Made by a program: the position numbers and the translations under genes. From Amoebophrya sp. A120 (taxonomy: Eukaryota > Protista > Dinoflagellata): a stretch of DNA of 64,000 nucleotides. Each line of letters starts with the position of its first letter. Positions within the stretch are counted from its first letter, which is position 1. The notes under the pieces were generated by a model that was given only the letters and a program-made list of their open reading frames with translations, was not told the origin of the DNA and did not search any database. Below, in pieces: positions 34,301 through 46,300 of this stretch. The stretch lies in NCBI GenBank assembly GCA_905178155.1, contig CAJINV010000001.1:5305994-5369993 (forward strand), given 5' to 3'.

Positions 34301-37300
34301 CCGTTGCAAACACCGCGCGCTGCATCTGGTGATGTTCCGAAAAATACAGAGAAACCACGTGTACAACTTGAAGCGCGTAGGTGCGCAGAGACCGGAGCTG
34401 AGAACTGACTGAAGCGCTATCCTGTTTCTCGCGCAGCAAAACATCTATTCGCGGGACAACCTGAAGGAATTCTTTCACCGCGTTCTCGATTCTGGCTGCG
34501 TCCTCGGAGCTGAAGCTCCTCGTGCTGGAAAACAGATTTGTGGCAGTTCGGACGAAATCGGCCTGGAGGTTTTTGCACAAGTCTGCGAAGCTTCCACTTG
34601 CGATTAAGGACGACGATCTCTGCTGGCCTGCACCGACCGAACCAGATCGTCCTGGTAGAGATTCGCGTTGCGCCAAAAAACGGATCCGTTCTACAGCCCG
34701 TGAAGTCACATGGAGAAACAAGTCAACGCGGTCAATCACAAAGTGCACTGCCCGCCGCCAGGGGTCTTCGATCGAAAAAACGTTGAGTTTCTTCTCAATT
34801 GCGGTTTTTTCCTTGACCCATTTTCCGTTGATGACATCGAGAGATCGCAAAGCCTTGCTGCCTTTCCTGAGCTGGGACAAACCGCTGCTGATGGCGCCTA
34901 CGAGATCCATCAGGAGTTCCTTGGAGCCCGGCAAAGACCCTCCCAAACGCACAGGATCTGCGCCACCTTCGCAAGTTGCAAACGCAGATATCATATCAGA
35001 TAAGCAGACAACGAGACTATGCTCTATCTGCGACCGCCGAGCTGTACAGACCTTCCGCATAGTGTTGCCTTGTCCAGCCTTCGCTTCCACCAACTTAGTC
35101 TGAAACGCTTCTTTCTGCTTCTGTACCTCGGCTTTTTCCTCTTGCTTCTTCAGACCTTCTATCCTGTGGCGCTCAGCTCGTTGTCCCTCTTCATCCGCAA
35201 GACGATGCAGCCCGCCTTCCTGGTACTGAAACATGTCGTTGTTGCGTGCTTTCTCTAGTCGCGCAGCATCTTCAATCTGCTGCTGACAGTTTGAAATACA
35301 CTGGTCCGCATTCTTGATATCACTTTGCAGTTTGCTCACATTGCTGACGACTCTTTTGACTTCAAAATCATCTGTAGAAACGTTCGGCACGTGGTCCGCA
35401 ATATCGACGCTGCTCCCCGCACACAGCACTGAGGCTAGTCCAGCGGTCATCGACATCGCCAGAAAACACTGAAGATATGGAGAATCGTCCACCTTGCCCA
35501 GCCGCGCCGCATCAGTATGCTCTCGTGTACAAAAGGCCCAAAATTTGCAAGAATTCCGTAGGATCTGCTGTGATGCAAACGAGCTCTGTTCCCCGCTTAA
35601 AACAGGGCCTGACGCTTCCGTCCCAACGGTAAATTCCGAAAGTGTCCCGACCACACGTTTTGTCGACTGCATCTGCAATGTTACAACCTCGTCGTCGATG
35701 ATCCCTTCAACACCGCCAGCAAGAAGTCGCTGCACTTCTTCAGCGCGCACCACGATACGCTCATTGTCTGGGGAAAACAGCGCAACCACGTCTACAAGAC
35801 GAAAGAGCAGGGGCTGCAGCTCGAATCCGCATTCCTGTGCGTTAATCTTGTTTTGGTGCGCCACCTCAACGTTGCGTCGGCAATTTTCAAAGAGTTCTAG
35901 CGTTGAGTACAGGTTTAGCCACCGCATCTTGCTATCGCTGGAAACGCCAGCGCATCCGTTAGCTTGATCCAGAACGAAAAACTTTTTTGAAACTTCGGCG
36001 ATCAGGTTGTAATCGGTGGGCACGAAATCCTTGGAAACCTGCTTCACGAGCCGCGACTCGGATTCTTCGGAAATCCTGTATATCATTGCGGTGCGCTGCT
36101 TCACGTAGTTCAGTGCAAGCTCGGCTCGCAAGTCCTGGTAAGACCGAGACGGACCCATCGGAAGACTGTCAACTGAATCTTCGATCGCCTTCTTCACTTG
36201 CTCAATCTTTAGAACAAGCGCGTCTGGCACTTGGAGCAATGAAGCAAGCGATGCCATCGTCTCGAGGATTGTGAGCGGCTCCTCTGTTGCAGTGTCTCCG
36301 CTATTCGCCAGAGTGTCAGACTGTGCAAGAAGTTCCTGCCACCTCGACGTCGCGATATTCAATTGCAACAGGACATCGATTACTACGGGCAAATCCTGTC
36401 CTCGAACTGTGTATTGCTCGATGGTTGCGCTTTTTCCCAAGAGGTCCAGCTTGGCAAGTATGGCATCCTTGTGACGTGACTCCAGAGGCGTTTGCTCCGA
36501 ACACTGCGCCGCAACTGTGTTTTCCACACGCCGGAACTCATTCCATTCGGCTTCGGTGAAGTTACTCTCGACCCGGCGAAATAAGACATTCCCGCGGCGC
36601 AGATGTTTTTTGTAATCATCTAGACATCTCTGCGCCCGCTTTATCTCCAGCTGCCGGATCTTCATATGGTGCTTGAAGTCTGCGCCGGGTTTCAATCCTT
36701 CGGAATCCACGAGCCACTTGCGGACAGTATCTTGAAGGTCTCGCGAAACTGGATTACAATCACGAATTGCAGCGAGGAGCACTTGTAGCCGAGAAACCAG
36801 TTGCTGCTTGTCAGTCTCCTCTTTGGTCAGAATCTGGTTTTTTCCAGTTTTCTGGCGGACGGCATTCGGTGCGGTCTTTGTTCGTGTACCCTCGTCTTCC
36901 GAAGCCGGCAGCATGAGCGTATTCTCGCTCTCGTCGGAATCGCCAGACCCAGATCGCAAACGCCCAGCTTGGTTGTTGGCAAGTCGGAAAAGTGGCTCGA
37001 TTGCGTCGATGTCAAAAACTTCCGACAAGTCGTTCCTCGCCGCAACTGCGGCATCAATACCGAGATCTTCAAAAGCTTTGGCTAGTTGGCGATTTTTTTG
37101 ATTGAAGAAGTCTGCGGTGAAGCTCCAAGGGTCTCCCACAATCTCGACCCGGTCGTCGTCCGTCACTTTTACGAGTTTTGATAAACTATCGACGGCCAGC
37201 TGCACTGTGGCAAGCGCCTTTTGCTTTGCAGTTGCGTCTCCGGCTGAGAGACGAGCGAGGCCTAACTGCAATGCCCAATCGGCCACGAAACTCGTAAACT

Positions 37301-40300
37301 TTCTGTAACTAGTCAAGAAGGATCTACCAGCGTGCAATTCAGCATTTTGGTTTCCCGATTCCGTCCCGCCCACAATCTCGTGCTTGCCCAGAACCGGAAG
37401 AACCGCCTTAACGTGACCCTGACCCGCTTCTCGTTTCACGAGAGCAAAGTTGTTCTGGGCCTGCTTGCGAGTACAACGGGGTAGCCGATTCTGTAGCTCC
37501 CTCCGGATTAAAGTGTCACTTTCTTTGCAGTTGGAATTCAATAACACTTCCACGAGCTGCAACCGGGCTTCCTCGAATGCCTGCTGCTTCGCCGCGACGC
37601 TGCCTTCGCGGTAGTCGGATAAAAAGTTGCAATACGCGTCTTGCATCTTGGCAAAAGCAGTTATCAGCTGCCACGCATCGGCCTGCACGCGCATGAACTC
37701 GCCCACTGGCACTCTGCCCCCATGTTTGCTCGTACGCAGTTTCTCGTCTCGGAGGGGAATCAAAGTTTCGGAAAACTTCAGCTCGTCCACCGGGTCGTTT
37801 GCTTCGCAGACCAAACTGAAGATCGAGAGCGCACAAGACATTGCAGTGATGTCGCTTTCCGTTATCTTCGTGCGTGGATGTAGTTTCGGGCGGCAAGCCG
37901 TGAAACCGTGTACGGTGATCGGCCGCAGTGAAAATGCGGAAGCCGCATCGGATGCGTTGGCGCTTTTCTCCTTAAATGCAGCGGGTGGAAAATCTACGAG
38001 CAGGTCCTCGTTTGCGTCCAAGAAATTCTGCAAAAATGTATTGTGCTTGGACCTCTCGGCGTCGTCCTCTACGTCCGGCACGTAGTGCATCAAGTGAGCC
38101 TCCTCGGTGTGCGAATTATCGGAATAATCCGCCAGCAGGAAAGACAACGAGAAAAACTTGTGTGGCTTCGCTGCATCAAGGCGGCCCGTACCATCGAGAC
38201 AGAAAACGAAAAAGTAGTACTTCTTTCGTTGCTCGACATCGCTCGGTATTGCGGTTTCCAGCTTCAACCGGTTCGGAAAGACCACCTGCACTTCGAACTC
38301 TTTCCAGGGCAGGCAAAGTTCATCCAGAAACCCGAACGCTGCCCAGAGCCAGCTCAAAGGATGCCCCGCGACGTGCTTGCCATGGCTGCTCCAGTCAAAA
38401 TCTATGGCCGCGAGCGCTTCTCCAGAATTGTCACTGGAACGAGCGGAAAGAACTTTTTTCAGAAATGAGACGTGAACTTGCGCACCACGATACCGCACGG
38501 TCTCCAGCAGCTTCTTGAATTCATCTCCGCGCGAAATAGTAGCAAGCGACGTGCCGACTGTGTCGGATGCCACAAGAGCAACAGCATTGCAAGCAGTGGT
38601 GCGTGCCCGCGCTGGGGAGGGAAACTTTTGCTGCTGCTCAGCATCAAACATGTCGACATCGCTGTCTTCGGCTTCCGGCTGCGGGGGACTCAGCTCTGCA
38701 TCAACTTCCATAAATACTGGCGTATCGCTGTTTCCTACTTCTTTTTTTGCGTTCGACAGTGGATCCTTTGTCTCATTTTTCGGGCTGTCCTTGTGGTTTG
38801 GATGACGCAACCTCCGTCCCTTGATGGCGTCCTTGAGCTTGGTCAACTCCTCCGCGACACGCTGGCTGCACATTTGCTGGTCCCACATGCGAACCTCCTT
38901 CTCTGAAAACGATGTATCGGTGGACTGCACTTCCTCCCCCACGGCAAACGCAGCCTTCCACTTGAATCGCACGAAGTCCAGCGCTAGACGAAAGCGTGCC
39001 AAAGGCAGCGGAGGTGCCTCTTGTTCAGCAAGAGCGTTGGCAACCGTGGCGAGTGCCTTTTCGTTTTCGAGAACAGGTTGTGCGAGTACACGCTGCAAGA
39101 TTACAATCGCACTACGATTCTGGGCCGATTCGCATTCTTCCTGGAACTCTTGCTCGAACTGCCTCATTTCCTTGCGAGCCAAATCAGCAAAAAACTGACA
39201 TTTGTGGTCCAGCTCTCGAAACAGCCTCGCAATTTCTGTGAGCGCGTCATCGATCGCATCGCCATCCGGCATCATCGCCTTCCCGTCCCGCTTGAAAAAC
39301 TTCTGCAACGGCTGCAGCACGTGCTCATAAATGGTTTTCAGTTTTAGTGTCGCTCGTTGCACGAGACAAGAACGATCAGCAGCATCAACGTAGGAGGCAT
39401 CAGTGATGGCCTTCGACAGGACTCTGCCGGCGTTGACAAGTTCGTCTCCAACCAGAGGCTTGGCTCGTATTGCTTGCGACTGGCTGCACACACGAGATAT
39501 CAGATCAGCTGGAAGCACTTCCTTCGCGAGCTGCTCAACCTTCTGGATAATCGTCTTCAACGGCTCTCGGGCGTCGCCCAAAAGCATGTTTCGCAGTGCT
39601 TCCCATTGCTGCCTCGGCGATTCTCCCAAGTGCGCACACCGTGGCTCCATCAGTATTGCAAGCCAGCTGTCAATCACGTCGTAAAGCCTGCTCTTTCCAT
39701 CATTTTCGAGTTTTTCTGCGCCAAGTCCCATCACGCACCGAACAAAGATTGCACCGCAAAGAGCTTCAACTGCTGACATCGAGCGCTCGATTTCCCGTCT
39801 CTCCTCCGACCAAGCGTCTGCTTTGGAGCTATTGCTTCTCTTGGACGGAAAATCGTAGAAGTTCTTCTGCAGGTCGGGGCGGCTAAAAATGTTAACCAGC
39901 TCCTGCGACAGCATTTCCTGCTGATCTCCAGACTGCACTCCGAGGATGTAGTCCTGGACGAGCGCGTCAAGAACCGCCTTTGCGGGGGTCATTTCCAGTC
40001 CCTTGGCGTCCTGGAGCGCCTTTCGCACTGACGAAACTACACGCTCAAGCGTCCGACGGGAAAACTCGGCCTCTGTGACAGGCTTCACTTTGCCATCTTG
40101 CACCAGTCTCAACACGCGCAGGTGAAATTCTGCACACACAAGCGCCAGCTCGGACCCGCCGCTGATGTTTGCAAAGCTTTGCTCTACGGAGTCAAAAAAG
40201 TCTGTGCCCACTACTGGGCTGGACTTCAAGCGAATCGCGGACCGCGCTGCCGGTTTCTTCTTCGTGTCGAGAACCTGCAGCGCGGAACTCTCCAACGGCG

Positions 40301-43300
40301 ACACGTGAAGCATGATGAGCCGGTTCTGGAAAGCGCCGGACAACTTGTGCGATTGAACGCGGTAAGGGTTTTCGGTCATGAAAAGTCGAAAATCCGGGTG
40401 GATGCCGCCATTGGCTTTTGTTAGCTCTCCCTTGCCGTCAGCTACTTCGAACAGGTTCAGACTCGGCCGCTCCTCTACCAAGCTGTTGAGACGCTCGATA
40501 ATTTCTGGTGGCGCGCAGTTGATGTGCCGCAGAAAAACCCAGTCGCCGTTCCTGAGAGCCTGAACGAGCGGCGCTTCGACAAATTCGAAACCCATGGTCG
40601 AACTACTGGCAGCACCTTGCTCGCTGGAGTGATTCTGGTACCGGATCCATCGCTTGCGGTGTGCGTTTAGCTCGCGTATGAAATCTACGTTCTTTCGTCG
40701 CGTGCTCTCGGCAAGGTCCCCGGTCATCAGATTTGCCTGCACAAGATCGATGAAAAAATCCACGGCCTGAAGGAATACGTTCGCGAGTGCGGAGGATTTA
40801 AGGCGTTCCTGCCCTGCGTCCCGATCATTCCCGGCCTGCTGCATGTCGGACTCGGAATCGGAGCTGTATCCGTCCGACGGGTCGTCTTCTTCCTCAGCGA
40901 GCCGTTGTTTCTTTTTACGACGCCCATCACTTCCTGCGTCACTAGCTCTGCCGCTCGCTTGGTCGGCCTTGGTCCGTTTGTTGGCACACTGTACTTTACC
41001 TCTCACAGAGTCGTCGGGTTGCGGTGCATCTAGTAGGTCCCCCGCCTGCCCGCTATCACGGGACCCTGTCGACAACCGCGCGCGCTTTTTTGTGCGCTTT
41101 CCGAAGTCACTGTCGCTTCCTGCCGTCGATAGCAGGCGTTTCCTTCCAAGACCTGATTCCGGCTTCGGTGACAGGTCAGCATCGTCAGCCATATCCACAT
41201 CACGCATACAGCCAATTTCCTCGGCCTCGCAACTAGAATGAGCTGCGATACTGTCCACCTCGCGCTTGCATTTTCTTATTTCTGGTTCCAGGCGATCCAC
41301 AAACTGCTCCAGCTTTTTTCTCACTGCAGGCGCACTCCTCGGCGACAGAATGGGAACGCACGAGACCAGGACGTGTCGAATAATAGCGTCAAACAGAGTC
41401 GTGGTATTTGTGAATAGCTGCGGTGCTTCCTCACGGCGGTCAACGGGAAGCAGTTGCCCGATTACGTCGCCGATGTCCATACTCTGCGTCATGGGGACTT
41501 CCACTAAAGTATTTCCTGTAAGAGAAGCCAGTTCGCGCACCATTGAAGCTTTTCCCGCGGTCGCACCTTTCAGCAGCGCTGCTCGCCCGCTTTGACACGC
41601 CCCAGCAATTGCTTCCAAGTAATCGTCCACCTCGGGCACGTGCAAAAAGTCCTTTGCTACCATGGCACCTTCGGCATTCCGATCTGTTCCGTCCTTTTTC
41701 GGAAGATAGACGACTCCGACCTGCACGTAGTCCGGACTAGAGGAGTCGATTGTCGTAACGGTGACCTGCTTCTGCTGCTGGGAAGCTTTGCGCTTCTGCG
41801 CTGCGGTCTGCCGTGCGCGAGGTTCGGGAAAGTGTTCCTCTGCCAACGAAACAAGGCGGGCAAAATCTGGGCTATCGGGCGAATAGCGGTGCGCATAGAT
41901 CAGCTGCACAAATTTTCGCATACACCGCTGCCAAATGACGGCTGCAGCTTCCTCCTCGTAGAACGAGGCATGCTGGAGCAAATCAGTTGCGCACCCTTTT
42001 AGTACATCCCGCACTTTAATCAGATCACGCATGTTAAAACTTTGCGCCCCGATCTCTCGCGCATCAGCCAAATTCTGGACGCTGGCGTGAAACTTCATGA
42101 TTTGTGGGAGGTACTTTTGCATGATGGGACCCAATCCGGGCGGCAGCTCGTCGTAATACAATTTGCTCACAATTTCCCCTAGCTCCTCAGGCCCGTAGTC
42201 TTCTACGCTGACAGTAACGAAGAGGTTCTGAATAGAGCGCGACAGCTTATTTCTGTTTCCGCCAGTGGACACTGGATTCATCGTCGCGAAAATCACCGGC
42301 CGACGCAGGCGGTCGCCAAACGCAAGCACCTCATCCTTCCCAGGAATTCGAAAAAAACTGATTCCACGGTCAAAAAGAGGCGCAATCGCGTCCAGAACTT
42401 CGGGCGGCATCAAATTCATTTCGTCCAGGATAATCCAACGCCCCTGCTTTACGGCTCGCAGGAGCGCGCCATCGCGCCACCGAAAGACCCGACGCCCGCT
42501 GGAATCGCATTCCGGAACCGTGCTACCGAAAAGCTGCTCCAGGCTGGTGGATGCGGAGCAGTTGATGCGTTCGTGCTCATGTCCGCACAGTTTCGAAGCC
42601 TGCTTCGGGCACTCCGTCTTTCCCACACCGGGCGGTCCAACCAAAAGTTGCGGCGCCGGACTGTCCGACGAAAGACCGACAAAAATTCGCAAGAGGTTCC
42701 GCAAAAGTGTAGGTGTCGCACAACAGTAGAGGCGATCCAACATCTCGTAGCTCTTCGGGGATGAGGTGCTTGGGCTCGCCGCAAGTGGCATGGCGACGGA
42801 CCCATTGTAAGAGAACAACATGTGAGAGTCGTCGGAAAGAAAAAGATCTTTCAAGTCCTGGGGCACGGGTGGTGATGTGAAAACTGTTTCCTCGGCGCCG
42901 AGCCACTTCTTCGCAATTCTCTCCGCCGCTGCTGGTGTCAAACTATCGAAGATGAACGAGCGCGCAGCCATCAGCAGCTTCAAGTCTCGAACTTTCGCGG
43001 CTTCTTGCGACGTAGAGTTACTCAACCGCTGAGCGCAAAGAAAGTCAACGATTCGCAACATCGTGCGAAGGTCGAGAGGAAACGAAGAACATTCCTCGTC
43101 ACTCGCCACCAGCTCCTGCAGCTCTGCAAGCCTCCCCGCAAACCAATCTGCGTTTGCTGGTGAAAACACCTTGTCGCGACGGAGTTCCACCGCTGTGACA
43201 TCCTTAATGTCCTTCGGTTCGTATGCCGGCACGTGAATCTCGGTGAAGCGAGACAGTGTGGCTGGACTGAGCTTGAGTCGACTTGCATCGCCTGCTACGT

Positions 43301-46300
43301 GAGCAGTAGCGAAAACTTGAAAGGACTGGGGCACGCGAACGTTGCAGCTGCACTTCGCAGAAACATCTTCCGTAAGATTTAGCATGCGGTCTTCACACTC
43401 CAGCACCGGGTTGATCCGCTCGGTCACAGCTTGGCTCGGAAGATGAAAATCTTCCAGGCGCAAGGCAGTTCCTTGCTGCACAGCTTCGGTAACTGGTCCG
43501 TCGCGAAAGAGGAAAAGCATGTCGCCTGCAGACGCACCACCAAAGGCGGAATCACGGATGAGTTTGATGCGATCAAGCAGCAGATCACAGTGCTTATCAG
43601 TCGCAAGTTGCGTCAATGCCTTTAATAAAATATCCAGAGCTGCTAGCAAGTCCTGCTCCTCCTTGCTGTCAACCCGAAGTGCTGTCGAGGATGAGCTCGT
43701 TGGCTGCTGCGAATCTTCCGCTGCTCGCGACGAACCTTCTGGCTGCTTGTTGTTCTCGTTTGCTTGAGGCATCGACACATCACCTTCCACCTTTTTGACG
43801 TCGTTCTTTGCGGCCGGCATTTCTGCCTTCGCAGGGACTTTTTTGTTCTCCTGCGAGTCGGAGTCACTACTATACCCATCGCTGAAGTCCATGTCCTCAT
43901 CGTCTTTTAGCATCGATGCTGCCGGGGCGGCAGGAGCCTGGTCTTTTGGCGGCTCCCGTTCTTCACTTTTCACACTGACGACTTCCATCTCGTCGTCGAC
44001 GGAGAGAAAATCTAAATTACTGAGGAAGTCCGCGTCGTCGACATTGCCTGCTGGTGGCGCGTTCCCACTCGCTGTCCACATTTTCTCCACATCCTCTATT
44101 GTTGGATTTTCCTCGATGTCCAGCAGCGACGAGCTAGAGGACACTCCTGGGAGTGTCCGAAGAACATTTTGCTCTTCCTCTCGTAGGCGCTGGCGCTCCT
44201 GTTCTTTCGCCATGGGATCGTGGTCGACAAAAATGTAGCGGTAAGAAACGTCCTCGGCATCTTCGTCCTCTGCGCGAGCGGCTTCCTGCAAGGCTATCGC
44301 TATGCGCTCTTCCTCCTGTAGCAGTGCCTGCGCGAACTTGGAATACTTCTGGAGAGCCTGCTCACAATGTGCTTTCTGTTGCTTCCAACCACCGCCCCCG
44401 TCAGCGAAGGCCTCGCACCGCTTGATGATGCTAGTTGCTGTCCGTTCCACGTAAACCAGAGCGCTAGCCTTGCTCCACGGCGTAACCTGGCCCAGCAAGC
44501 CCGACGCTTCCGTTTCGGCGGTCAGGTGCACTGTGGGCAACGACGGCTGTCCCATGACGTCCGCAAAAGCTTGCAGAATCTCTGATTTGTGCCCTGTGGG
44601 GCCATATAGCAGCACGGGTTCGGAGTTCAAGCTTGCGAATGCGATGCGAGCAAAGGTTCGTTGGAAAACTTCCGGGGGCTCCTTCCCCTTCTGCCAGTGC
44701 CGCGAGCGATTCAGCTTCCCGCCCCGTATCTTAAATTCCACCTGACCGTCTTTTACACTAATTCCATCCGAGTTCTGCTCCAGCTTGATATTGCTTTGTG
44801 CGTTCTCCTTTTTGTCGGGCCCAGAAAACAACTTCTTGCCGAAAGCGCTGCGGAAGCTGTCTTTAATCGTCTCTAGCTGGAGCTGCCCGCTTTTTGTGGT
44901 GGTGGAAATTTTCTGCGAAAGAAGGAGATAGCCAACTTGCGGATTTAGCAAGAAGCTTGCGCTATTCTGCCCCGTCGTTGCGGCATCACGATCAATCCAC
45001 TTGATCAGGGCGCGGAGAGTGATTCGCGCAGTCTTGGACGTAGCGCGCGCATTCAGCTCGTGGTACAGTTTGGCCAAGTTTGTCGCGTCCTTCTTTGACA
45101 ACTTCAAATCCGGCCGCTTGGCGTACTGCCTCTTCAAAAGAATCTCCGCTAGCTCCGTTTCGGGAAAGTCAGGGACTTGGACCTCCAAAAAGCGACTGCG
45201 AATTGCCACCGGAAGCCGAGCACGCCCGGAATACGATGACGGATTCTGTGTGGCAAAGAAACGAAATCCTGGCGGCACGACGATGGTTCGGTAGCCCGGA
45301 ACATGGAACAATCGCTGCCCTTCGAGCACGGGCGCCAGCAGACTTAAAATACCGGGTGGGGCAAGGTTAATCTCATCCGCGAGAAACCACTTCCCATCTT
45401 CCAAGGCCCGCACCAGCGCGCCGCGCTGGTACTGCAGTCCGCGAGACCCGATTTGCATCCAGCAGCCCAAATAATCCTGCGCGGTGGTGCTGTCTGTATT
45501 GTTGACATGCTCCAAGCCGTGCATTCCCTCGGGGCGCCGCGCGGCTAGCGATTGAATTAGCGAGGTTTTTCCGACCGAAGCCGGTCCCTCCAGCAGAACA
45601 GGCTTTCCGATTTCGATGCTGCACAACACGGATGCCGCGAGGCTTCGGCGCGAGACCGTAAGTACATGCCGACTTCGTTCGGGTGCGTTTTTCTGTGCAG
45701 TGTTCGAAGTCGTAAGCGCGCTGACCAGGTCCAATTCTTCGGCTACTTGCTGCGTATCGTATTTCTGAATCTTCTTCGGAATTTTTGCAACCTCTAACAA
45801 ATTGCTTTTGCCGAGCATGTCCAAGACGCAGAACTGAAGAGCCTGAAAAAGCACTTTGTCCGGATCCTGATCGGGTAACTTGTTCCGCAACGACCAGTAG
45901 CAGTCAAGCAAACTGACGATCGTTCGGGTCGTGATCTTAGCTTCCGGGTTGCTATGCCGCGCTCTTCCGCTCAAAATCCAACTCCAGACACCCCAGCCTA
46001 CATTTACAACGGTCGTCAAATTCTTTGCTTCCTCCCCCGTGACAGCGACGGCCAGCAATTTCATCTCCGCCTTAAACGCTTTCTCCTCCGCTGCCATACC
46101 CTCTAGAGCCACAATTTGGAATCGATTTGCCATGGCCGGCGAAAGTTTCTGCTCCGCCGCGTGGCCGCCAGTTATGGTCGCGACGACTTGAAACGCCGGA
46201 GACACGGGCACCTCGTCTTGCCCTCCTTTCTCGGCGAGAAACAAGAACGGAGGCACTTCGAGCACCGGGTTCATCCGCTCCGCAACCGAAGCGTCACAAT

